Shown here: positions 8,746 to 16,871 of the stretch, one piece after another
Numbering within the stretch: position 1 is the first letter of the stretch
Layout: each line of letters starts with the position of its first letter
Assembly: GCF_001306055.1 (NCBI RefSeq)
Contig: NZ_LGHJ01000014.1
Span: forward strand, 60,001-92,000
From: Bellilinea caldifistulae
GTDB taxonomy: Bacteria > Chloroflexota > Anaerolineae > Anaerolineales > Anaerolineaceae
DNA length: 32,000 nt
Direction of reading: 5' to 3'
Position numbers and translations under genes: made by a program
The notes under the pieces: generated by a model
Database searches by the model: none
The model's input: only the letters and a program-made list of their open reading frames with translations
What the model was told of the DNA's origin: nothing

Positions 8746-9978
8746 ATGAACACCACTTTTATGAACTCGCCGCGTTACTTGTTCACCTCTGAATCGGTAA
8801 CCGAGGGCCACCCGGATAAGTTGTGTGATCAGGTCAGTGATGCGGTACTGGATGCCTGTCTTGAGCAGGATCCTTATTCGCGTGTGGCTTGTGAAGCGGC
8901 AACCAAAACCGGCTTTGTGCTGGTCTTTGGCGAAATCACCACCCGCGCACAAATCAATTTTGATGAACTGGTGCGCCGCGTCGTCAATGAAATTGGTTAT
9001 GATAGCAGCGAAAAAGGCTTCGACGGTACTACCTGTGCCGTGCAGGTGGCCATTTCCAAACAGTCCGGTGATATTGCCATGGGCGTGGACAAAGCATTGG
9101 AAGCCAAGACCGGCTCGATGAGCGAACGAGAAATTGAAGCCGTCGGCGCCGGCGATCAGGGGATGATGTTTGGGTATGCCTGCAATGAAACCCCCACCCT
9201 GATGCCCATGCCCATCTATCTGGCTCACAAACTGACCCGCCGGTTGGCGGAAGTGCGCAAAAACGGCACATTGCCCTGGCTGCGCCCGGACGGCAAATCT
9301 CAGGTTACAATCGAATATCGCTTCGGCAGGCCTCACCGGGTAGATACCGTCCTGATCAGCACCCAGCACGCGCCGGAGATCTCTCAGGAGGAAATCTATC
9401 AGGCGATTACCCGGCACGTCATTTATCCGGTGCTTCCGCCGGAAATGGTGGATGATCAGTTGAAGATTTATGTCAACCCCACCGGACGCTTTGTCATCGG
9501 CGGGCCGATGGGAGATTCCGGTCTGACCGGCCGCAAAATTATCGTGGATACCTACGGCGGGATGGGCCGGCACGGCGGCGGTGCCTTTTCCGGTAAAGAC
9601 CCGACCAAAGTCGACCGTTCGGCAGCCTACGCTGCCCGCTGGGTGGCCAAGAACATTGTTGCTGCCGGTCTGGCAGAACGGGTGGAAATTCAGGTGGCGT
9701 ATGCGATTGGGGTTGCCCGCCCCTTAAGCATTAATGTGGAAACCTTTGGCACCGGCACCATTCCAGATGAGGAAATTGCCCAATTGATTAATGAACATTT
9801 TGACCTGCGGCCCGGTGCCATTTTGCGCGATCTCGATCTGCGCCGTCCGATCTACCGTCAACTGGCGGCCTACGGCCATTTTGGCAGGGATGATTTAGAC
9901 CTGACCTGGGAACGCACCAACAAAGCCGAAGCATTGAAGCAGGCTGTGGCTGCCAAACTGGCAACCGCAGCGGATTAA
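8746..9978 (+). CDS. metK: S-adenosylmethionine synthase
   Basis: The sequence from [32 protein letters not shown] onwards is canonical MetK ([33 protein letters not shown]). The start is moved to ATG 8746, in frame with the track ORF at codon 40, with AGGAGG 9 nt upstream. The track start at 8629 lies inside the riboswitch. Confidence 0.95.
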   Translation: MNTTFMNSPRYLFTSESVTEGHPDKLCDQVSDAVLDACLEQDPYSRVACEAATKTGFVLVFGEITTRAQINFDELVRRVVNEIGYDSSEKGFDGTTCAVQVAISKQSGDIAMGVDKALEAKTGSMSEREIEAVGAGDQGMMFGYACNETPTLMPMPIYLAHKLTRRLAEVRKNGTLPWLRPDGKSQVTIEYRFGRPHRVDTVLISTQHAPEISQEEIYQAITRHVIYPVLPPEMVDDQLKIYVNPTGRFVIGGPMGDSGLTGRKIIVDTYGGMGRHGGGAFSGKDPTKVDRSAAYAARWVAKNIVAAGLAERVEIQVAYAIGVARPLSINVETFGTGTIPDEEIAQLINEHFDLRPGAILRDLDLRRPIYRQLAAYGHFGRDDLDLTWERTNKAEALKQAVAAKLATAAD

Positions 9979-10002
9979 GTACCCGAACCGCTGTTGAATT
10001 GG

Positions 10003-10041
10003 AGGACACCCGCCATCCCTGGACGGGTGTCCTTTATTTTT
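10003..10041. terminator. Hairpin terminator shared by convergent metK and ftsK
   Basis: AGGACACCCG (10003-10012) pairs with CGGGTGTCCT (10024-10033) and is followed by TTATTTTT. The T-tract overlaps the ftsK stop codon (TTA on the plus strand, 10034-10036). Confidence 0.7.
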
Positions 10042-12505
10042 CGGCTGGCGGTGCGGTGGGGCCGTAATCCAACACCTCGCGCACCTGTGAGTTGGGCAGA
10101 GCCGGAGAAATAATGCCTTTTTCTTCGAGAGCGTCAATCAATCGGGCGGCACGGGTGTACCCGATTCGCAAGCGGCGCTGCAGCATGGTGATTGAAGCGC
10201 GTCCCTCACGGCGCACCAGATCAATGGCTTCCTTTAAGAGGGGATCGCCATCGTTTTCCTCATCATCCCACAGAGGCGTTTGTTTGAGCGGGATACCGGC
10301 CGGGAGGAGGTCTGCCGGGGATGCCGGGCTGGTTTCGCTGCCGCTTTTCTCGCGGATCATAGCCGCCTGGGTGCGCCAGAAATCCACCAGGCGTTGAATC
10401 TCAATATCCGAAACGAACACGCCCTGCAAACGGACCGGAGCAGCCGCATCCGGGGCTTGAAAGAGCATGTCACCGCGCCCCAAAAGACGTTCGGCGCCCG
10501 GTTGATCGAGAATCACGCGGCTGTCAACCGATGAGGCTACCGCAAAGGCAATCCGGGCAGGAAAATTAGCCTTGATCAGGCCGGTGACCACATCCACCGA
10601 GGGACGCTGAGTGGCAAGAATTAAATGGATGCCAGTGGCGCGTGCCAGTTGCGCCAGCCGGGTGATGGCGCGCTCGGTTTCATCGGGAGCCAGCATCATT
10701 AAGTCAGCCAGTTCGTCAATCACAGCCACCAGATAAGGCAACCGCTCGGCCGGGTGGCGGGCGTTGTAATCCTGAATATTGCGCGCGCCGCTTTGTGAGA
10801 ATTTGTGGTAGCGGGCATCCATTTCGCGCTGCAGCCATTGGAGCGCACCGATCACCCGCTCGGTATCCACCACAACCGGGGCCAGCAGGTGAGGAATGCC
10901 GTTGTAACCCGTCAGTTCCACACGTTTGGGGTCAACCAGAATCAGGCGCATCTCGGCGGGGGTGTTGTTGAGCAGGAGACAGGTGAGGATGGAATTGACG
11001 CATACCGATTTGCCGGAGCCGGTTGTGCCGGCGATCAGCAGGTGCGGCATGGAGGCGAGGTCTACCGCCACGGGTTTACCGGCAACATCCTTACCGAGTG
11101 CAAACCGCAGGTCTGAGCGGATGCGTTTGAAGGCATCGCTTTCGAGCACTTCGCGCATCGAAACGCGGCTGATTTCGGTATTGGGGACTTCGATGCCCAC
11201 GTAAGCCCGCCCGGGTACCGGCGCCTGAATGCGGATGCGCGGCGCGGCGAGCGCCAGCGCCAGATCGTCGGCCAGTGAAGCGATTTTGGAAACCCGCACG
11301 CGCGTCCTTCCGGAGCGGGTTTCTATAAAATCGGGCTCAACCCCAAAGCGGGTTACGGTAGGGCCGCGGGAAATATCCACCACATGCGCAGGCGCACCAA
11401 AGGAAGCCAGCGTTTCTTCGATCAATTTGGCGCGTTCTTGTTCCAGATTGGTCTGCTGGGCGGAGGGTGTGGCGGGGTCGAGAATGGAGTCCACTGGGGG
11501 TAGTTCCCAAATCACTGCCGGCGCGCTGGCGGGAGGTTGCCGGAGGGGGGCAGGGGAGGCGCGTTCGGGCGCTTCCGCCGGTTGGGTTTCCATCCCGGCC
11601 GAAGATGCCACGGAAGACGCTGCCGGGGAAGGTGCGGGACTTTCCCGCCGGGCTGTGGAAGAACGCTGGGGGGTTGCCGGAGGTAGAGGTTGAAAATCGG
11701 GGGGTAGTTCTTGCGATTCGGCTTCTTCTGATGATTTCGGCGGGCGGCTGGCAATAGCCCGTTCAATCTGTTTTTGCACACCGCTGAACAGCGGTTGAAA
11801 CCGGCGCATCAATTCGGGTATGGAAAGGTCAAAGGTAAATACGACTGCAATGATCAACCAGGCCAGCAAGAGAATGACCGCCCCTGCCACCCCCACGCTG
11901 GAAGTGAGCAAACGCAGCAAAAAACCGCCAATGTAACCACCGCCTTTTCCCAATGCGGCCAGTTCCATCTCTCCGCCGGCAATCAGGTGCAACCATGCAA
12001 GAAGGTTGAGGTAAAGCAGCAAACCACCGATTAATCGTTCGGCCGAAAGGCGCGGCAGACGTTCAAAACTGCGAAAAACCAGCCATAAACCAACCGCAAT
12101 GAACAGAATGGGCAGAAGATAAGCCCCCCAGCCGCTCAAACGCGAGAGGAAGGAAATCCAGGCGCCGGTAATGGAAGAACGCTGCGAAGAGAGCAGACTG
12201 AGCAGGGTCAGCAAGCCAGCAAACGCCAGAAACACTCCCAATAGGTCTAATTTTCGATCCAGCGAGAGTGAAGGAAGCGAAAAACGGCTGCTGCCAGAGC
12301 CTCCCTTTGTTGCACGCGAGCGTCCGGCTGCCGGCGAGGCCCGGCCGGTTTTGCGGCTGGCTGGACGTTCTGCCGTTTTGCTGCGTCCGCGCGAAGAGGA
12401 CGCAGGAGAGGGTTTTCGGCTTTTGGAAGGATGTTTTGCCAATGCAAACCGCTCCATTCGGAAAAGGTGTTCTATATCCATTATAGCCGGAATTGAGCAA
12501 AACAT
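10034..12505 (-). CDS. ftsK: DNA translocase FtsK/SpoIIIE
   Basis: Up to 823 aa. Order of parts: basic Ser/Arg-rich N-terminus, 4-5 TM helices, Pro/Ala/Ser linker, motor domain with Walker A (GTTGSGKSV) and Walker B (LVAVIDELADL), and a C-terminal gamma winged helix (ITMLQRRLRIGYTRAARLIDALEEKGII). The start is uncertain. ATGs at 12505, 12481 and 12457 all lack a clear RBS. Confidence 0.9.
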   Translation of the reverse strand: MFCSIPAIMDIEHLFRMERFALAKHPSKSRKPSPASSSRGRSKTAERPASRKTGRASPAAGRSRATKGGSGSSRFSLPSLSLDRKLDLLGVFLAFAGLLTLLSLLSSQRSSITGAWISFLSRLSGWGAYLLPILFIAVGLWLVFRSFERLPRLSAERLIGGLLLYLNLLAWLHLIAGGEMELAALGKGGGYIGGFLLRLLTSSVGVAGAVILLLAWLIIAVVFTFDLSIPELMRRFQPLFSGVQKQIERAIASRPPKSSEEAESQELPPDFQPLPPATPQRSSTARRESPAPSPAASSVASSAGMETQPAEAPERASPAPLRQPPASAPAVIWELPPVDSILDPATPSAQQTNLEQERAKLIEETLASFGAPAHVVDISRGPTVTRFGVEPDFIETRSGRTRVRVSKIASLADDLALALAAPRIRIQAPVPGRAYVGIEVPNTEISRVSMREVLESDAFKRIRSDLRFALGKDVAGKPVAVDLASMPHLLIAGTTGSGKSVCVNSILTCLLLNNTPAEMRLILVDPKRVELTGYNGIPHLLAPVVVDTERVIGALQWLQREMDARYHKFSQSGARNIQDYNARHPAERLPYLVAVIDELADLMMLAPDETERAITRLAQLARATGIHLILATQRPSVDVVTGLIKANFPARIAFAVASSVDSRVILDQPGAERLLGRGDMLFQAPDAAAPVRLQGVFVSDIEIQRLVDFWRTQAAMIREKSGSETSPASPADLLPAGIPLKQTPLWDDEENDGDPLLKEAIDLVRREGRASITMLQRRLRIGYTRAARLIDALEEKGIISPALPNSQVREVLDYGPTAPPAEK

Positions 12506-12627
12506 TGACGGTTGAAGGCCGGTTTCTGGCCTTCAGCCAATCAAACCGCATGGCATTGAAAAACGGCTAAATTGTTAGCAAAATATTCAAAGTCTGTAAG
12601 AGTTCCATTAGAGGTCTTACAAATCAC

Positions 12628-12657
12628 TTGACTTGTGGTATTCGGAAAGAATAAAAT
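12628..12657 (+). promoter_or_regulatory. Candidate promoter for the J-protein gene, positioned for a leaderless transcript
   Basis: TTGACT (12628-12633), an 18-nt spacer and TAAAAT (12652-12657). The ATG at 12664 begins 7 nt after the -10, and there is no Shine-Dalgarno sequence. Confidence 0.45.
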
Positions 12658-12663
12658 GAAAGC

Positions 12664-13617
12664 ATGGAATACAAGGACTATTACAAGATTCTGGGTGTTT
12701 CAAAGACAGCCAGTGAAGAAGAAATTAAAAAGGCCTATCGTAAACTGGCTATGAAATATCACCCCGACCGCAATCCGGGCGATAAGAGCGCGGAGGAAAA
12801 GTTCAAAGAGATTAACGAAGCTTATGAAGTGCTGGGCGATCCTCAAAAACGCGCTCGATACGACCAATTAGGAGAATCCTACCACCAATGGCAGCAAATG
12901 GGCGGTCAGCCGGGTTCCTTCAACTGGGAGCAGTGGTTTACCAGTGCGCCGGGCGGCGGCCGAACCGTCCAGGTGGACATGGAAGACCTGTTTGGCGGGA
13001 TGGGCAGCTTTTCGGATTTCTTCAGCGCCATATTTGGCGGAATGGGCGGGGAAACGGCGCGCCGCACAACCACTGGCCGTCGCACACGCCAGCCGCAGGC
13101 TTTTGAATACCCCGTACAAATTACCCTGGAAGAGGCTTACCGCGGCACCACCCGCCAGATTCAGGTGGATAACCGCCGGATCGAGGGCAAAATTCCGCCC
13201 GGCGCTCAAACTGGCACCAAAGTGCGCTTGCCGGGTGGCGGCCCCATCGGGGCAGATGGTCAGAAAAGTGACCTGTATCTGGTGATTGAGGTCTTGCCCG
13301 ACCCGCGATTTGAACGCAAAGGCAATGACCTTTACACCGAGGTGCCGGTGGATCTGTACACGGCGGTACTTGGCGGTCAGGTGCGGGTAAAGACCATGAG
13401 CGGCGAGGTGATGTTGACCATTCCACCCGGAACTCAGCCGGGGCAAAAAATTCGACTGGCGGGACGGGGAATGCCCGTTCTGCGCAATCCACAAACTTTT
13501 GGAGATTTGTACGTAACCGTCAAGGTACAACTTCCCCGGCAATTAACCGAGGAGCAGCGCCGCCTGTTTGAGCAGTTGCGCGCGTTGGAAAAACAAAAAT
13601 CAGCGGCTCGAGCCTGA
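12664..13617 (+). CDS. cbpA: CbpA-type J-domain co-chaperone (DnaJ-like, no zinc-finger domain)
   Basis: 317 aa. It has a canonical J domain ([36 protein letters not shown]), a G/F-rich linker and DnaJ C-terminal beta-domains (GDLYLVIEV..., [12 protein letters not shown]) with no CxxCxGxG repeats. Size and architecture match CbpA. The gene symbol is tentative. Confidence 0.8.
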   Translation: MEYKDYYKILGVSKTASEEEIKKAYRKLAMKYHPDRNPGDKSAEEKFKEINEAYEVLGDPQKRARYDQLGESYHQWQQMGGQPGSFNWEQWFTSAPGGGRTVQVDMEDLFGGMGSFSDFFSAIFGGMGGETARRTTTGRRTRQPQAFEYPVQITLEEAYRGTTRQIQVDNRRIEGKIPPGAQTGTKVRLPGGGPIGADGQKSDLYLVIEVLPDPRFERKGNDLYTEVPVDLYTAVLGGQVRVKTMSGEVMLTIPPGTQPGQKIRLAGRGMPVLRNPQTFGDLYVTVKVQLPRQLTEEQRRLFEQLRALEKQKSAARA

Positions 13618-13721
13618 GCCGCCAGTGAGGTTGGGCTGAAGCAAGCAGGTCAGACCTGCCGCTTCGACCACACCCTCGCTCAATCTCACTACAAGATTAA
13701 CCGGTAATCGAGAGGCACATC

Positions 13722-14930
13722 ATGAACAAGAAAACCATCTTACTCACCTCGCTGATCATTCTTCTCACTACTGCGGCATGCGGGTTCACGTTTCAGATTC
13801 CGCGGTTTATGGGCGGTGAAACGCCCGCTCCAACTGCCGAGGTTCGAGTTGAAACTGTACCGGCCAGTCCGCAGGTGACCCTGCCTGCCGTTCCAACCCT
13901 GAGTTCTCCGCCGGATATTTCGGGATTGAGCTACACCGAACGGGATGCCCTGCTGACCGCCCTTTATGAACGGGTTTCACCGGGTGTGGTTTCCCTGCTG
14001 GTCGAAAATGAGCAGGGGGGCAGTACCGGGTCGGGTTTTGTGATTGACCGCCAGGGACATATTGTGACCAATTATCACGTCGTGGAAGATGCAACCGAAG
14101 TGGAAGTGGATTTCCTGTTTGGCTTGAAGGTGCGCGGCAAAGTGATCGGCACCGATCTTGATTCGGACCTGGCCGTTGTCAAAGTGGATGTGCCGGAGGA
14201 CGTACTCGTTCCGCTTCCGCTGGGCGATTCGGACCAGGTCAAAGTCGGGCAGACGGTCATTGCCATTGGCAATCCTTTCCAGTTAAACGGCACGATGACG
14301 CTTGGGATTGTTTCGGCAAAGGGCAGGACGCTGGAATCGCTCCGCCAGGCTGAGAGCGGCTCGTTTTTCACAGCCGGTGATATTATCCAGACCGATGCCG
14401 CCATAAACCCCGGCAATTCCGGGGGGCCGTTGCTGAACCTGAACGGCGAGGTGATCGGCGTCAACCGCGCGATTCGCACCACGGGCACAACCATCACCGG
14501 CGATCCGGTCAACAGCGGGATTGGCTTTTCGATTTCCAGCAACATTGTCCGGCGGGTTGTGCCGGAGTTGATTGCCAACGGCAAGTATGATTACCCCTAC
14601 CTTGGAATCACCAGCCGCAGTAACCTGACCCTGCGGATGATCGAAGAATTGGGTCTGCCGCGCCAGACGGGTGCCTACGTCACCGCAGTGACCCCCGGCA
14701 GCCCGGCCGACCGCGCTGGCTTACGGGGCGGAAGCCGGCCGACCAGTTTCACCGGCTTGCCGGCTGGCGGTGATTTGATCGTCGGGATTGACGGCAAGCC
14801 CGTTTTGACCTTTGACGATTTGCTGAGTTACCTGATTAAGAACAAAAAACCCGGCGACACGGTCACCTTGACCATTGTGCGTGACGGGCAGGAGAAGGAG
14901 GTGAACTTAACTCTCGGAAAACGTCCATAA
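13722..14930 (+). CDS. htrA: HtrA/DegP-family serine protease with one PDZ domain (lipoprotein-like signal)
   Basis: 402 aa. The N-terminal hydrophobic segment ends in LLTTAAC (lipobox-like). The S1C triad contexts are present (TNYHVV, DSDLAVVKV, GNSGGPLLN). A C-terminal PDZ follows (GAYVTAVTPGSPADRAGLRGG...GDLIVGIDGKPV). Confidence 0.9.
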   Translation: MNKKTILLTSLIILLTTAACGFTFQIPRFMGGETPAPTAEVRVETVPASPQVTLPAVPTLSSPPDISGLSYTERDALLTALYERVSPGVVSLLVENEQGGSTGSGFVIDRQGHIVTNYHVVEDATEVEVDFLFGLKVRGKVIGTDLDSDLAVVKVDVPEDVLVPLPLGDSDQVKVGQTVIAIGNPFQLNGTMTLGIVSAKGRTLESLRQAESGSFFTAGDIIQTDAAINPGNSGGPLLNLNGEVIGVNRAIRTTGTTITGDPVNSGIGFSISSNIVRRVVPELIANGKYDYPYLGITSRSNLTLRMIEELGLPRQTGAYVTAVTPGSPADRAGLRGGSRPTSFTGLPAGGDLIVGIDGKPVLTFDDLLSYLIKNKKPGDTVTLTIVRDGQEKEVNLTLGKRP

Positions 14931-14989
14931 AGTAAAACCGGAAGCAGGCCAATTGAATAATCTATCCCACAACTAAAAAGGAGGTTGCC

Positions 14990-16090
14990 ATGTTGGCTGA
15001 ACGTGAGCTGCGGGAATTGCTGCAATTCGTATCGCCGGACCCCGTTTTGAGTGTTTATCTCAACACCGATCCCTCGGCTGGCAATTCAGATGCGTACCGG
15101 CTGCGATTGCGCAATTTGTTAAAGGGGGTCAACTTGCCGGATGATGTTGCAGCCATTGAAAATTATTTTCAGTGGGAATACGATTGGAGCGGGCGAGGGG
15201 TGGTATTGTTCTCCTGTGCTCCACAAAAGTTCTTCCGGGTTTATCCATTAGCCATCCCGGTGCCGGATGTCGTTCACGTCAGTGACCGTCCCAGTGTGCG
15301 TGTGCTGGCCGACCTGCTGGACAGTTATGGCGGTTACGGGGTCGTTCTGGTGGACAAGCAAGGCGCCCGCCTGTTTTTCTTCCATCTGGGGGAATTGCGT
15401 GAGCAGGAGGGCGTGGTGGGGGAGGCCGTCAAGCGCGTTAAGCGCGGCGGTGCTTCTACTGTACCGGGAGCATTGGGTGGAATTGCCGGGCGCACCCGTC
15501 ACATGGAAGAAGTGGTCGAACGCAACATGAAAGAGTCGGTGGAATTTGCCGTGGAGTTCTTTGAAGCCAACCGTGTTCGGCGGATTTTGTTGGGCGGCTC
15601 GGATGAGAATGTTGCCCAATTCCGCAGTCTGCTGCCGAAAGCCTGGCAAAGTCTGGTTGTGGGACATTTTCCCATGAATATGAACGCCGGTCATGCCGAA
15701 GTGCTGGCAAAAGCCATGGAAATCGGACAGAAGGCAGAACAACGGCGTGAGGAACTGCTGATTGAGGACTTGATCACCCGCGCTGCAAAAAATAGCGGGG
15801 CGGTAACGGGGCTGGATGCAACCCTCGAAGCCGTCAGCGGCGACCGCGTCAGTACGCTGGTTGTGGCGCAGGGCTATCAGCAGCCAGCCTACCGCTGCAC
15901 CAATTGCGGTTACCTGACCGCCAAAATCATGACAACCTGCCCGGTTTGTGGTGGTGAAGTGCGCGAAATTCCGGACGCGGTGGACTTCGCCATCAGCCGC
16001 ACAATGCGCGCCGGTGGAGATGTGGAAGTCATTCATGCCAGTGACCAATTGATCAAGGCTGGCCAGATTGGGGCATTTCTGCGTTACTGA
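14990..16090 (+). CDS. Bacterial archaeo-eukaryotic release-factor-like protein (eRF1/Pelota/Vms1 superfamily) with zinc-ribbon insert
   Basis: 366 aa with an AGGAGG RBS. The central region aligns by eye to the eRF1 M domain (KRVKRGGASTVPGALGGIAGRTRHMEEVVERNMKESVEFAVEFF versus eRF1 [30 protein letters not shown]). The C-terminal region resembles eRF1/Pelota domain 3 (GAVTGLDATLEAVSGDRVSTLVV ... GQIGAFLRY). A CTNCG..x10..CPVCG zinc ribbon is inserted. Confidence 0.75.
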   Translation: MLAERELRELLQFVSPDPVLSVYLNTDPSAGNSDAYRLRLRNLLKGVNLPDDVAAIENYFQWEYDWSGRGVVLFSCAPQKFFRVYPLAIPVPDVVHVSDRPSVRVLADLLDSYGGYGVVLVDKQGARLFFFHLGELREQEGVVGEAVKRVKRGGASTVPGALGGIAGRTRHMEEVVERNMKESVEFAVEFFEANRVRRILLGGSDENVAQFRSLLPKAWQSLVVGHFPMNMNAGHAEVLAKAMEIGQKAEQRREELLIEDLITRAAKNSGAVTGLDATLEAVSGDRVSTLVVAQGYQQPAYRCTNCGYLTAKIMTTCPVCGGEVREIPDAVDFAISRTMRAGGDVEVIHASDQLIKAGQIGAFLRY

Positions 16091-16117
16091 CGGACATAGG
16101 GCAGGAATCTCATAAAT

Positions 16118-16165
16118 AACATGCTCCCCCGCTGCAAGTCAGACGGGGGAGCATGTTCCATTTTA
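16118..16165. terminator. Bidirectional hairpin terminator between convergent operons
   Basis: Perfect 14-bp stem AACATGCTCCCCCG (16118-16131) / CGGGGGAGCATGTT (16144-16157) with a 12-nt loop. Flanks are T-rich on both strands (CCATTTTA on plus, ATTTAT on minus). Confidence 0.7.
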
Positions 16166-16177
16166 TGGGGGCGAGGT

Positions 16178-16849
16178 TCAGGGTTTTTCCAGCCGGGCAA
16201 GGTTTTCTGCCAGTATTCTCAATTCTTCCAGACTTTTTTCGGGATCGCTGGTAAGGTTTGAACGTACCGTGGCCAGCCGTTCGGTCAGGGCGGTTTCAAT
16301 GTCTTTATCGCCGATCATCGGGATCAGCTTTTTCAGGTTGCTGCTGGCTGAACTCAATTCCTGCCGGGCAGTAAGCAGGTCTTTGGTCACCAATGCCAAA
16401 CGCGCATAGGATACATTGTTTTGCAAGGCGGTCAACGCGGCAGAATACTGGAGGGCTTTCAATTCCTCGGAAGTCTGCTGCAACTCACCCTGAGACTTCT
16501 GCAACTGCTCGCGGGTCTCATTGAGGTCAGCTTCCAATGTGGCAATTTGCTCATTTTGGAGCAGAACCTGCCGGGTCTTTTCTGCCAATTTTTGTTCGGC
16601 GGGCAAATAAAGCAGGAAGTAAGCCAGACCAAAACCGACCAGCAGGGATGCCAGGATGACGACCAGCCAAGCCAGACTCCTTCGAAGCCATGCCGGCGCC
16701 GGTTTTTTTTCGGAAAGGAGTTCGGTTTCTTGTGTTGCTTCTGCCGGTTGAGGCTGAGCTTCTTCCGGTATGGGTCCACTGGTTGGGGTAGGTTCCTCGG
16801 CTTCGGTTGGCGGTGTCACCTCAGGGGCGGTTTCTTTCTCGTTTTCCAT
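16178..16849 (-). CDS. Bitopic membrane coiled-coil protein (acidic Pro/Glu-rich N-terminus, one TM, C-terminal coiled-coil/helical domain)
   Basis: 223 aa. The TM is LAWLVVILASLLVGFGLAYFLLYL, preceded by WLRR. Heptad-like Gln/Glu/Leu-rich sequence follows. The start is 22 nt downstream of the preceding gene, with a GGAGAAG RBS. No family was recognised; it shares motifs with the 16872..17822 product. Confidence 0.7.
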   Translation of the reverse strand: MENEKETAPEVTPPTEAEEPTPTSGPIPEEAQPQPAEATQETELLSEKKPAPAWLRRSLAWLVVILASLLVGFGLAYFLLYLPAEQKLAEKTRQVLLQNEQIATLEADLNETREQLQKSQGELQQTSEELKALQYSAALTALQNNVSYARLALVTKDLLTARQELSSASSNLKKLIPMIGDKDIETALTERLATVRSNLTSDPEKSLEELRILAENLARLEKP

Positions 16850-16871
16850 AATTGAGGCTTCTCCATTTCGT

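Noticed and set aside
12506-12663. CIRCE/HrcA heat-shock operator upstream of the J-protein gene
   Set aside because: Only a TTAGCA half-site-like hexamer is present. The TTAGCACTC-N9-GAGTGCTAA inverted repeat is absent. The small inverted repeats present (TGAAGGCC/GGCCTTCA at ~12513-12535, GTAAGA/TCTTAC at ~12596-12620) match no operator I recognise.
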